Shown one piece after another: positions 24,165-37,199 of a DNA stretch of 64,000 nucleotides (positions are counted from its first letter, which is position 1; each line of letters opens with the position of its first letter). The translations under genes were made by a program, and so were the position numbers. The stretch is from Flaccisagitta enflata. Lineage: Eukaryota. The stretch lies in the NCBI GenBank assembly GCA_965153355.1, contig OZ231126.1:4960001-5024000 (forward strand). The letters are read 5' to 3'. The notes under the pieces are model-generated. The model did no database searches. It was not told where the DNA came from and saw only the letters and a list, made by a program, of their open reading frames with translations.

Positions 24165-26150
24165 CTGACCAGGGCATGGGTATCGCTAACCACAATGACC
24201 CTGCCTAAGTAGGTGGTGATTGAAGTTAAGGGAGAGAGCAGGGCAGCGGGCCTGAAGGGGTCAATGACCTATGCTTTCACACATGAGGAAATTTCTCTTT
24301 CTCCTCATTCTAGCGGTTGAAATTTGCGCCTTTGGGCAAAGTTTAGCCTTAGCGCTAGGATTTAGGCTTTAGGGCGGGATTTTGGGCCTTTCGGCTGGAA
24401 TTTGTGCCTCTTATTGGATTTGGTGCTATTGGCTGGCATTTGAGTGTGGAGGCTGGGTTTTTAGGCTTTGAGGTTGGGATTTGGGCCTCGAGGCTGAAAT
24501 TTCCTCTGGGATTCTTCTTCTTCTTTTAATTGGGTAGCGGCCCCAAAGGGCCGATGTCCTGTAGAACACAGGGGGGAATTTCCAGAAGTTCGGCTGTCAA
24601 ATCCAGCATCTCAGGCCTCAAATCCAGCTTCTCAGGCCTTAAATCCAGTCTCTCAGGCCTCAAATCCAGCCTCTCAGGCCTCAAATCTAGCCTCTCAGCC
24701 CTCAAATCCAGCCTCTCAGGCCTCAAATCTAGCCTCTCAGGCCTAAAATCTTTCCTCTTACGCCTCAAATCTGGCCTCTAAGGCCTCAAATCCAAATTCT
24801 CAGGCCTCAAACCTGGCCTCTCATGCCTCAAATTAGGCCTCTCAGGCCTCAAACCAGCCATCTAACCCTCCATTTATTGCTCTTAGGCTTCAAATCAGTC
24901 CTCTGGCCTTTCAAGCCTTAAACAGCTCTCTCAAGCCTCAAGTCTGCCCTTTCAAGCTTCCAATTGGCATTCTCAGACCTTATATCAGCCTTCTTAGACC
25001 TCAGTTCAGGCCCTTGAATGCCTTCAGTCAGCCTTCTATAGCATCTCATCAACTTCTTCAGGTAGGACGAACAAAAGTCCCCCTGTGTTCTACAGGACTT
25101 CGTCCCCTTCGGGGCCGCTGCCCTGCTTCCTCTCACTCCAATTCACAATCACTCAAAGCAGGGCAACGGGTATTGCTGACCACATATTGCCCTTGGGCGA
25201 CCTGTTAGGCTTTGAGGTTGGGATTTGGGCCTCGAGGCTGAAATTTCTTCTGGGATTCTTCTTCTTCTTTTTGGGCAGTGGCCCCAAAGAGCCGATGTCC
25301 TGTATAACACAGGGGGGAATTTCCAGAAGTTCGGCTGTCCATCCCTCTGCCTGTCCATCCGTCCGTCCTTCTGTCCCCCCCCCTTGGCCATCAAGACCTC
25401 AAATCTGCCCTCCCAGCCCTCAATTTAGCCTTCGAGGCCTCAAATCAGCCTTCCAGCCGTATGTCCAGCCTCAGCCTCAAATCATGCTCAGGCCTCGTCT
25501 ACCTCAGACCTTCGCCTCTAAGCTTGTCAAACCAGCCGTTCACGGCTCAAATTTCTCCCTCAAAACCTATAATCTGCTCTCAGAAGCCTTATTCTGCCCT
25601 GAAATATCGGGTACTGCTGACCATGTGCGATCCTTGGATGACTGATTACTCCTATGTCCCCCCTCAATCCAGTCTGAGGTCCAAATTCCAATCTGGGATC
25701 AGTGTTGATCTTGAGGCCACATCCCAGCCTCAAGGCCCAAATCGTAGCCTCAGGCCCCGTCCTAGCCTGGAGGCTAGTTTTGCAGTCTTGGGCGATCTCC
25801 CAGCCTCCAATAATAAAATCTCAGCCAAGAGGCCAAGATCCACTTGGCTAAATCCCGGCCTTAAGGCTAGTCTCAGCCTCAGGCTAGGATTTTGGAGCTT
25901 TGAGGCCAAGTTTGGACGTCGAGGCTGGGATGTGAGCCTCAAGACTGGAATTTGGGCCTCAGACTGGAGTTGGTCTCCCGGACTAGGGTGAGGGGAGGAG
26001 GAGGAGGAGGGAGGAGGAGGAGAAGGCCACACATATGTGTGAAAGCATAGGTCATCGGCCTTGGGAGCCTGCCTGCTCATCATCCAGCCACAGCCTGCAC
26101 TTAGGCAGGGCACGGGTACCGCTGACCATCTAACGCTTTTGCGACTATTC
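24165..26150. mobile_element. Cluster of nested/tandem family B and C Helentron-type elements (full family B copy at ~24528-25206)
   Basis: Several GGGCAGCGGCCCC-like heads, 20-21-bp internal repeats and GGGTAYCGCTGACCA tails. Confidence 0.65.
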
Positions 26151-26689
26151 TCCTTCTCCTTTATCTCTTCTTCCTCCTTCACATTACCTTAGACGGAAGT
26201 ATTTTGAGCGTATCCAATTATCCATACAGAACCGACTCCCGGTGCTCACTGCTTCAAAAACCTTGATCTTTTCGGCTTCTATGAGTCTCCCAGAAGGTCC
26301 TTTTCCTCCCCTTCTCCTCCTCCAATTCTTCACCCCCACCCCCCCCCCCACCTTCCTGTTGGTTTACCCTTTCTCTTGATTTTCTCCCCTTCTCCCATCT
26401 TCACTTGCTCTTCCCATCCATCCCTCCCTGCCTCCTTCAACCCCCCTCCACCCAACCAGCTTTCTCTACCACCACCACCACCAACAATCCAGAACCAGAA
26501 TCCCCCTCGCTGATACATCCTTCTCCTTGGCTGTTCTTGCTTCCCTATTTCCTCTTCCCCCCCTTTCTGCAATATTTAGACATGCTTATAACTTCTCGCT
26601 CCCTGTTCTGGACTGCAATTATTACTGTAGTTATCACATTTTAGGGCCCTATATCAGAAGCCTTGTTATCCCCCCGCCCCCCACCTTCT

Positions 26690-29073
26690 TCCTCTGTAAT
26701 GTACTCACAGTTATGCCTTCTACTACCTACAACAAAGCCCCCTTTCCTTCTTTCCTTCCTCTGTAATGTGTATATAGTTGATACCTTCTACTGCTAGGCC
26801 AGTACGAGTGATAGTGACCGTAACGAATTGAGCTGGCTACCTTTTTTTTGGCTGAGTAGACCCAAAATATGAAGGTTTGCATCAATTTGGGGGCTCTGGC
26901 TTCAAAAAAACCCCGCGATAGAGCCCAAAAACGAAAATAACCGTAGTTTGGGCATTTTTCATAGCAAATATGAGGTAAATTGCTTGAAAATCTTATTGTT
27001 AACTATATAATACCTATCTGAACTATCTTTTTTAATTCTTTTAAGCATCCCTGAGCATGAGCTGTATATCTGTTCATTTCAAAAATAGTACCTTATCTAA
27101 TCATAAAAATCTAGTCAAAATAAGGAAAATAAGCAATATTTCTGGAACATATTGAAAACAATTTTTTTTCACTGACTTTTCTGTTAAAAGACTTCATTTC
27201 AATCTCATTGATTGAGATAAGAACAAAGAAATATTGTTCAAAAGTTATCTCTAGTGCATTCAGAAATGTGTAATCGCATAAACTATCATTTGAAAACCAA
27301 AATTACATATAACAATTGAGAAGGTAAAAATAGCGTCAATCTGATATGCAGCTGACTAACAATTCTGAATAGTAAATAGGAAAATCCAAAAAACAAATTG
27401 AATGAGCAAAGACTAGGAATATGTTTTTGGAGGTAACTAATGAAAGTGAAACTGAATCCATTTGAATAATAACATTTAGATAGATAAAAGTCTAAAAAAC
27501 ATGTCAATATCTGTAACTAAGCAATACTTTCAAGTGACACTAGCTTCCAGCCATGATAAATTATAGTCTAACAAATGATCCGTTTTGGGCAGGCTCATTA
27601 GGCTGAAGTGACCATAAATGGTTTGGGGAAAATGCCATATAAAATAAATGATTCGAAAATCTGAGTGCAGAGTGTGAGGGTGGAACATTAGATTATAAGA
27701 TTGTTTCATACGCAAGCTTTTTGGAAAATGGATCTTAACATTGAACAAATGTTTTGCCAAACTAAAACCTTTTTGAAAAGAAAGAGCTCTCTCAAAAAAT
27801 ACTAGATACTGTGTTTTATGATATGAGTAGATGGCACCTTTAATCATTACTCTGACCCATTTGTGCCAATCAGTTGTCCCCACATAGCTTCAATGATCTT
27901 ACAATTGAGAAGTGCAAAAACCAAATCTTTTCTTTTGACATTTTTTGCCAGAGTAACCGAAGGCCTGATTTCAAGGATGTGCTTCCTTTCAAAGTCATCA
28001 ACAACTTCCTCATTGGGATAGATCCAATATGTTTTCCCTTGATCATCTTTTGCTCTGGTTTTCAGTGTGGCAAGCGCTTGCACACTAATGCTATCTTATT
28101 GCAGATCATATGATTGCACTGATCCAAGATTCCAGCCATCTTCCTGCAATGTGATAAGAAATTCCTCTTCTTGTAATGGCCAACTGAAGTCTCTCAGAGG
28201 CTCCTCCGAAGGTGCCCTAGATCTCTTGGCCTGCTTATTGGCAGACTGATTTCTCACTGACTCCGAAGCAACATAGATATCTTCCACAGTTATAATATCT
28301 TGGTCAGATGGGTCAAGCATGTGCAAAGCAAGCAAATTTTTGTACATTTGTTTGGCAGTGATATTGTACTCCTTGAAAAAGACAAAATCACTTGGCATTT
28401 CTGAAAACAAGGTTTTTTCAACTTCACTTCCCTGCGCAGAATGGCCAACTGATCCAGCTCACAGAGTTTTTTGATTCTGTCTTAGCACGTTTTAACCTCA
28501 GCTTGAGATGAGAGCGGTGCAATGTACTTGTGCTTTGTTACATTTTGCACACACAAGGAAATCAGTTTATTCTTGGCCGTATCCCTTGCCAGCTTGTCTG
28601 CTTCAGTGTCTGTCAATGCCAATTTGGATTTCATAATCTCTTTTTGATTTGTTGACCAATTCCTTGTCTTTCAACATGTTGGCTCCCTTGTTACCAAATG
28701 CAAGATATGAACTTGTTTTGAGCACAAGTCTGTCACTGATGGCTTAGAAAGCAGAGCCTCCTTTGCTTTTAAGCTGTTGAGATAGATGTCCAAAAAAGTT
28801 TTCTCCAACTTTATTATCCACAGGGATATTTTTCAGCTGCTCATCAGTGAAGATTTCTGACAGAGGCTTTAAGTGTGTCTCTCTCCCAAGGTTCCCGCTG
28901 TTTTTTTTCAGAGTATTCCAGAAATTCTGGACCAAATTCATATTGAATTCCATGTTATCTGAGCAGAGTTGCAGCCAGCTGTTTCATCAAAGCCTGCATT
29001 GCGCTTTCCAGTCTGTCAGCATCATATTGCTGAAGATGTTTGCAAAAAGACTGCATCCATTCAACCAAGAGGA

Positions 29074-29127
<54 letters not shown>

Positions 29128-29890
29128 AGAGAGAGAGAGAAAGAGAGAGAAAGAGAGAGAGAAAGAGAGAGACAGAGAGAGACAGATAGACAGAAACATA
29201 GAGAAAGAAAAGGGAGGGGTGGAGAAAGGAAGGAGATTGAGAGAGAAGCAGAGAGGCCAATAGACAGACAGGCAAAAAAGGTTAAAATGCAAAAAACTTG
29301 ATTTCCTTACTATAAATGTGGTTTGATAGTACTTAAATTTCATTTTTTTACAGATTTTGACAATTTTTTCTTCTAATTTATTGACTGGCAAGTTCCTTTT
29401 AACAACTCAGACTAGATAACTAGCTGTAATGCTGAAAAAAAAGTTTAAAGACTTATATTCTAATTTTGTTATAAAAGAAATTAACAAAAACGCCAAAAAA
29501 TGTCGCAAAATCGGTTTGTTGAGCTTATCGCGGGTTTTTTTCCAACCAATTAAGCTCAGGAAAGTTTCAAACATCACATCTGGGACCCACTCACATGTTT
29601 TTTGGGTAGCCAGGGATCCATTCTCAAAACAGTATTTTTTTCAAGAATCTCGTATCCCCTTACTACTGCCTAACCCAAGCCCTTTTTCCTCCTCTCCTTC
29701 CCCTGTGATATACTTATAGTTGATACCTTCTACTGCCTACACCACAGCCACTCTTTCCTCCTTTCCTTCTTCTGTCATGTGCACATAGTTAATACCTTCT
29801 ACTGCCTACACCACAGCCCCCTTTCCTCCTCTCCATCCTCTATAATGTGCACATATTTGTTACCTTCTACAGCCTACACCAAAGCCCTCC
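26690..29890. repeat. ~68-bp minisatellite (26690-26794 and 29663-29890) split by the transposon
   Basis: ...TAGTTGATACCTTCTACTGCCTACACCACAGCC... units on both sides of the insertion. Confidence 0.7.
26795..29662 (-). mobile_element. Internally deleted DNA transposon with 7-bp TSD (hAT-like, possibly hATw) and transposase relic at ~27850-29065
   Basis: CTACTGC duplicated at 26788-26794 and 29663-29669. Imperfect TIRs TAGGCCAGTACGAG / CTCGTATCCCCTTA plus subterminal AAAAAAACCC(C)GCGATA. Broken ORF contains IPVDNKVGENFFGHL, reminiscent of the hAT C-terminal PxxxxxxExxF motif. Confidence 0.65.
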
Positions 29891-30121
29891 AGGGTCCCAA
29901 AGTGTCAAACTTGGTCCTCATTTGCATAAAGACTGCTAATCAAGCGACAAAACCAGGATTTATCTCCCCCTCCCGAATACCCGAAAGCAAAAAATAACTC
30001 ACTTCTCTTTCGCGGTTTTTTTTCTTATTTTGCTCTTGGCTTTGGGTTGTCTCTGATGTCGCTCTGCTTCCTCTGACTCTCTATCTTAATCCCCTACCAA
30101 TCAACCACCACGGCATGAGTT

Positions 30122-30515
30122 ATGCATGTATGAATGTATGTATGTATGTATGTATGTATGTATGTATGTATGTATGTATGTATGTATGTATGTATGTATG
30201 TATGTATGTATGTATGTATATATGTATGTATGTATGTATGAATGTTTGTATGTATGTATGTATGTATGTATGTATGTATGTATGTATGTATGTATGTATG
30301 TATGTATGTATGTATGTATGTATGAACGTATGTATGTATGTACGTATGTATGTATGTATGTATGTTTGTATGTATGCACAAATGTATGTATGCACGTATG
30401 TATGCACGAATGTATGCACGTATGTATGTATGTACGTATTTATGTATGTATGTATGTATGTATGTATGTATGTATGTATGTATGTATGTATGTATGTATG
30501 TATGTATGTATGTAC
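30122..30515. repeat. (TATG)n microsatellite
   Basis: Direct inspection. Confidence 0.95.
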
Positions 30516-30725
30516 GTAAGTATCGACCGCGGCATTGGCTGCAAACGGCCTACCTCACCGGCAAAGCTTATACCGGCAGCGCGAAACGGCAAAGCACACC
30601 CCGGCAGTGCACACTGGCGCGTATAAGCCGAAGAATACTCCGGCAGCGATCGGGTAGTCAACCGACCTAGAAGAGCGGCGTGGCGGAGAGACCCTCGGGG
30701 TTTTGCTAAACAGGACCGAGAAAGA

Positions 30726-30782
<57 letters not shown>

Positions 30783-30832
30783 GAAAGAGAAAGAGAGAAA
30801 GAGAAAAACAATTGACAGACAGACAGCCAGCC

Positions 30833-30863
<31 letters not shown>

Positions 30864-31051
30864 GAAAAAGAGAGAGAAAGAGAAAGAGAAGGAGAAAGAA
30901 AAAAAATAAAGAGAGAGAGAGAGAGAAAGAGAAAGAGAAAGAGAAAGAGAAAGAGAAAGAGAAAAACAATTGACAGACAGATAAAGATACAGCCAGACAG
31001 ACAGACAGCCAGACAGACAGACAGACAGACAGACAGAGAAAGAGAGAGAGA

Positions 31052-31098
<47 letters not shown>

Positions 31099-32081
31099 AT
31101 TGACAGATAGAGAATATTCGAGACAGCAATGATGAGACAGAGGCGAGGTGTCGTGTGGGTCAGTGACTACTGACCAGTGACCGAACTGAAGAGTGAAGCC
31201 AGGAAATGAGATCGTAGCGAGAATGAGGGGGGGGGGGGACTGGAAGAACGCGTCGCGTGCGCGATGGCTGAACGGGCGGACGGACGGAGAAAATGCCCGA
31301 TGGTAGGAATGCGTGGAGATGTGCTGAAATCTAATGACTCAGCTTCTTACAAGGAGTGACAAAGCCTTAATTCAGGCTTAAATTTAAATTGTTTTAAAGA
31401 GATGAGAGACAGCATCTATGAAGCCCTATCAGTCGGGTGTGTCAATATGCAAAAGGTTTTATGATGATACCATCAACATAAGACAGCATTAAGTAGTAAA
31501 TATTAAGACCTTTAGCGTTTTTCTTTTGTCAAATTTTATTCATCTTCCATTTTTTTCAAAACCGCTTTTTAGCCGCTAATTTGTATATTGCTGTGTTAAT
31601 GATTCTGTATCAGCATTATTGCTCAGGAATATAATTAAGTTTACATATATAAAAATATCTTACTGCTAATTCTAGTTTTAACTGAGTAGATGTTGTTCAT
31701 TTATCAAAAAATCTATAGAAAGAGACAAAAACTAATCTTTTCTGTAGAAATCATGTGTCTTATTTTCACCAAATCTAGGTGCAGATGCTGGAAGTATATA
31801 TGAATGATATTATATTCGTCATCAAAAATGACAGTGGCACTCCGCAACAACAATCAGTTACTACAGCTAGAGATAAAAAAAGAAAAAAAAAGAAAAAGAG
31901 GTTCAGTCTTCAACGTTTTCTACTTTAGTGATGATAGCCAAACGTGAAATGATCTTATTACCGGTCGTACCATTTAGACATTGAGTGATAAATCGTGTAT
32001 ATTTTTGTCAATCTTTTCTTGCGCTAAAAACACGGAAGATGAAAGAAATTTGAGAAAACAAAAACGCTAAATGTCTTAGAA

Positions 32082-33852
32082 TTTTTAGTCGCGTGCACGC
32101 GACTCTACAACCCGCTTTGTCCGTCGGTCGGTTGGTCGGTTGGTCGGTTGGTCGGTCGGTCGGTCGGTCACACTTTACTTTTTTTATCAATTTTATTTCT
32201 TTAAGTCATTTTCAGTCATTTTAAGTCATTTTGAGTCATTCTAAGTCATTCTAAGTCATTCTAAGTCATTCTAAGTCATTCTAAGCCATTTTAAGTCATT
32301 TTAAGTCATAATTGTCATTTTAGTCAATATAGACCTTTTCTTCATTTTAAGTCATTCTAAGTCATTTCAAGTTATTTCAAGTCATTTCAAGTGATTTTAG
32401 GTCATTTCAAGGGATTTTAAGGCATTTTAAGTCATTCCAAGTCATTTTAAGTCATTACTGTCATTTTAGTCAATATAATCCTTTTTATCATTTTAAGTCA
32501 TTTTAAGTCATTTTAAGACATTTTAAGTCATTTTATGTCATTATAAGTCATTATACGTCATTTTAAGTCACTTCTAGTCATTCAAAGTCATTCTCAGTCA
32601 TTTTAGTCACTTTAGTCAATATAGTCATTTCACTTTTGATTTACATAATTATAGGTAATTATAGGTCATTATGCAATTTTGGGTAATCATAGGTAATTAC
32701 AGGTCATTATAAGTCATTATGCAATTATAGGTAATCATAGGTCATTATAGGTAATCATAGGTCATTGTCGGTAATTATAGGTCATTATGTAATTATAGGT
32801 AATTAAAGGTCATTATAGGTAATTATAGGTTATTATGCAATTATAGGTCATTATTGGTAATTACAGGTCAGTATGTAATCATAGGTAATTATAGGTCATT
32901 ATAGGTAATTACAGGTAATCATAGGTCATTATGTAATTATAGGTAATTATAGGTTATAATAGGTAATTATAGGTCATTATAGGTCATTATGCAATTATAG
33001 GTCATTATTGGTAATTATAGGTCATTATATGATTATAGATAATCATAGGTAATTAAAGGTAATTATAGATCATCACAGGTAATTATAGGTCATTATGTAA
33101 TTATAGGTAATTATAGGTCATTATAGATGATTATAGGTAATAATAGATCATTTTGAAATTATGGGTAATTATAGGTAAAGGTAATTTAAGGTCATTATGT
33201 AATCATAGGTAATCAAAGGTCATTATAGGTAATTATATGTCAATAGATAATCATAGCTAATTTTAGGTCATTATTCAATTATAGATAATCATAGCTAATC
33301 ATAGGTTATTATAGGTAATTATAGGTAATAATAGGTCATTATAGGTCATTATGCAATTATTGGTAATTATAGGTAATCATAGGTCATCATAGGTCATTAT
33401 GTTATTAAAGGTAGTTATGGGTAATTATGGGTAATCATAGGTCATTACAGATAATCATTGGTCCATATGTAATTATAGGTAATCATAGGTTTTTATAGGT
33501 AATTATTTGATTATGGGTAATCATAGGTAATTATAGGTAATTATAGGTAATTATAGGTCATTATGTTATTATAGGTAACTGTGGGTAATTATGGGTAATC
33601 ATACTTCATTGTAGGTAATTATTGGTCCATATGTAATTATAGGTAATCATAGGTCTTTATAGGTACTTATAGGTCATTATTTGATTATGGGTAATTGTAG
33701 GTAATTATAGGTAATTATAGGTCATTATAGGCAATTATAGGTCACTAGGTAATTATAGTCATTATCGTCATTTAAGGAAATAACATACTTATATAATTAG
33801 GCGATTATGTAAGTAAGTCCCGCACGCGACTTATAGGTGTTGGCCTTGTTTT
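32082..33852 (+). mobile_element. Helentron-type element family A with ~1.6 kb of central 10-bp tandem repeats
   Basis: TTTTTAGTCGCGTGCACGCGACT head, (GGTC)n, then TTAAGTCATT and ATAGGT(A/C)ATT arrays, subterminal CACGCGACT, end GGCCTTGTTTT. Confidence 0.8.
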
Positions 33853-33853
33853 G

Positions 33854-34090
33854 TTAACATTCCGTTATGTCGATGATCTGATCAGAAATACTTTTGCATA
33901 TTGACACACCCGACCCTATCAGATTGTAATTAGGGCAACTCATCACGACATTCGCGAGGTTATTGAAAGGACGCGACATGCGGACGGAGGGACGGACAGA
34001 CGACGGAGGGACGGAGGGATGGACGGACGGGCGTATGATGGACAGGTCAGGATAGGTCTTGTACCCATGCCGCAACGGAACCAAAAAAAG
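33854..34090 (-). mobile_element. Probable further Helentron-type element
   Basis: GGAC-type microsatellite, short inverted motif TTCCGTT/AACGGAA, A-run terminus. Confidence 0.4.
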
Positions 34091-34396
34091 AAAGAAAAAA
34101 CTCGAGGCAGAGATCAAGGTCATGGCTTTTCATTCCGTCTTCCCTCAAAGTGAGCCGCCCTCAGGTACGCCCCCTGCCCCCCCCCTCCCTAACCTTCTCC
34201 CCCCTCTCCTCATCTCAACGGCACCTCAGCAGTCTGATCCGGTCAACCAAAAAAAAAAAAAAAAAGAAGCTTGACCGCCTCTTCCTCTTCCTCCTCCTCC
34301 TCCTCTTCCTCCTCCTCCTTCTCCTCATCCTCCTTAGCTCACCGCCATCTTCAATTTCTTCTTTATCGTGACTAAATGAGATGAGAATGGAAGGAT

Positions 34397-34777
<381 letters not shown>

Positions 34778-36764
34778 AGAGAAATGGAGAGAGAAGAGGG
34801 AGAAGGAAAGGGAAAGAAAATGGTATTAAAAAGAGAAAGAAAAGTAACCTGGGGTATCAATAGCGTTTTACGCCCATGGACTTAATTATCATCGACTGAT
34901 CTACCAACCGACAGATCGACGAACATAGTCTCTCTTAGGGTTTCCGGAGGGAGAGAGAAGTCAAGGAACACCGAGATAAAACAAGGACGGATACACGGGC
35001 CAAGATGCATGATGATGCCCCTTGCGTTGTTTATTATCAGAGCTATCCCCACCTCTATGCCCGCAACCCTGTCTTAAAATCTATAACTATTAAAAAGCTC
35101 TATGAAACCTTTGCGGGCTTTGCATAGCAAAAGTTGGGAGTATCCCTTCACCCTACTGAGGTAATGTGGAGATGCAAAAATCATGAAGATGACCATTTTC
35201 CTTTTCTCAAAATTCCTTTATTTTCCGTTTTTGTTTTGGCCTTAAAGTTTCCACAGACTTCCCCAAATTCAGCAAAATCCTGTGTAGTTTTGTTACAAAA
35301 AGGACAATTATTTGTTTTAGAAAATCATGATGCTTGTAAAAAAAACTAAAATCTTAGAACATAAGCTATGAAAAAGCTTATAAAAAGGCAGAATGGTAAT
35401 TCCTTAAGAAAAAAAAAATTTGTAAAAGCTAATTCAAACAATATCAGCATATTGTTTTATCCCACTGCATTATGCAAATTAGGCCCTCAAAAACAATTTT
35501 CGGAAGATGAACAATTTTTGATGAAAGAAAAATGGTAAGGGTCCTAAAATTGGCCACTCCACATTAGGTAAAGAGGGCGAGAAGAAATAAACAACTTTTG
35601 CTATGTGAAGCACCCAAATGAAACCTATCCTCAGCTCTGACACTCATCAAAAGCTTACTATGCTACTAAACACAATGGAAAATGGGAAGAACAAGTGACG
35701 CGGGGTCACAATATCGTTGCGGACGGGTGGGCAGGGGCAGCCAACCCCCAGCCTCACACCAACCCCCTTCCCACACACTTACGTACACCCACACACATTC
35801 AATGACAACTGCAGCATCGTAAATGCGCCACGATTCGTAATTCATGGGAAATACATATACAAACAGACCATCGTCCAATTCTTTTTCATTCCACCTCAAA
35901 ATTGTGTGCTGAATGCCGGAAAACCGTCGCGAAATATTTTTAGCTGTAATATTTTCGTCCATCGCCCTCTCCACCCAAGGTATTGAAATTGAAAGTCAGT
36001 TTTGAGCATAAAGGAGTCACTTTGATGATTAATGCCTGTTGAGACCCTTAAGATTAATATTAATGTATAGAATAATTAGCTTTTGAACAATTTGGTTGTT
36101 TTGTCTGACAATTTCCAGTCCCTACTGGAGGGTATGCTGGAATGGGTCGTCAACTGCATCTTCTTTACTCTTGAAGGCGCCTTGTCAGATTCTTTTGTTT
36201 TTTTGCGTGAAAGTGATATAGTTCCATGGATAGGCATCTGTTTGCATGTTGTAATTGCCTCGATGAGCGCTTCAGCATGCTCCAGCACCTCGTCAACCAC
36301 TTTTTACTGGGTAATAAAAGAGATGTTGTTGAGTTAGTGTGCATCAGAACCTGCAGCTAATCACTGACGATCCAGGTCTTACATACTAGATACGATCTAC
36401 TGCACGATCAAAGTGGTTCTCGCCTCCAATAGATACGAGAAGAGATAGCTATATATCGGTTTTTAGATATAGCTAGATAACAATTTCCGATACGATTCAC
36501 GATTTTTTTCATAGTTAACTTATTATTAGATGATTAATTTGGATTGAGATTCGGCGAAGTCCATTTCTTTAGATTGTTTTTTTTTCCAATGGAAAACAAT
36601 GTTAGGTGAAAATTAGAAAGTTTTCGAATTTGAGGAAGGAGACTTGAAATTTTTTAACTGTTTTAAGGGTTGTTTTATTTCAGAAATGTAAAATTTGTCC
36701 ATTCGAGCATGAGCTGTTATCAATTTTGAGCGATTGTCCGACCAAATCTGACTAAAATAATCGA

Positions 36765-36797
<33 letters not shown>

Positions 36798-37199
36798 CCT
36801 CTGACTTTTTTCACCCATTCTCCATTCACACATCCTTTTTTCTCTCCATTGTCTCTCCTCGACCACTCCCTTCTCCTTCTTACTATTCCCATTGTGTCTC
36901 GACGGTCTGTTGGTGATCTGTCTGTCTTTCTGTCTGTCTGTCTGTCTATCTGTCTGTCTGTCTGTCTCGTCGGTCTGTCTCGGTGTTGCACACTGGATAT
37001 CGGTTCACGATGCAAGAAGGAATCTCGGTCAGTCTGTCCGACCCGGGGCGATATTTGCGGTGATTACCTGCAGCGTTAAGAAAATTGCTGCAAACCTCAC
37101 AATGATTTGCCGTGTTAGATTTGAGTTTCTAGATCAATCCCACAGCGAAAAAGATTCTTTATGATGGCCCACATGCCTAAGCATTTAAGTCATTTGGTT

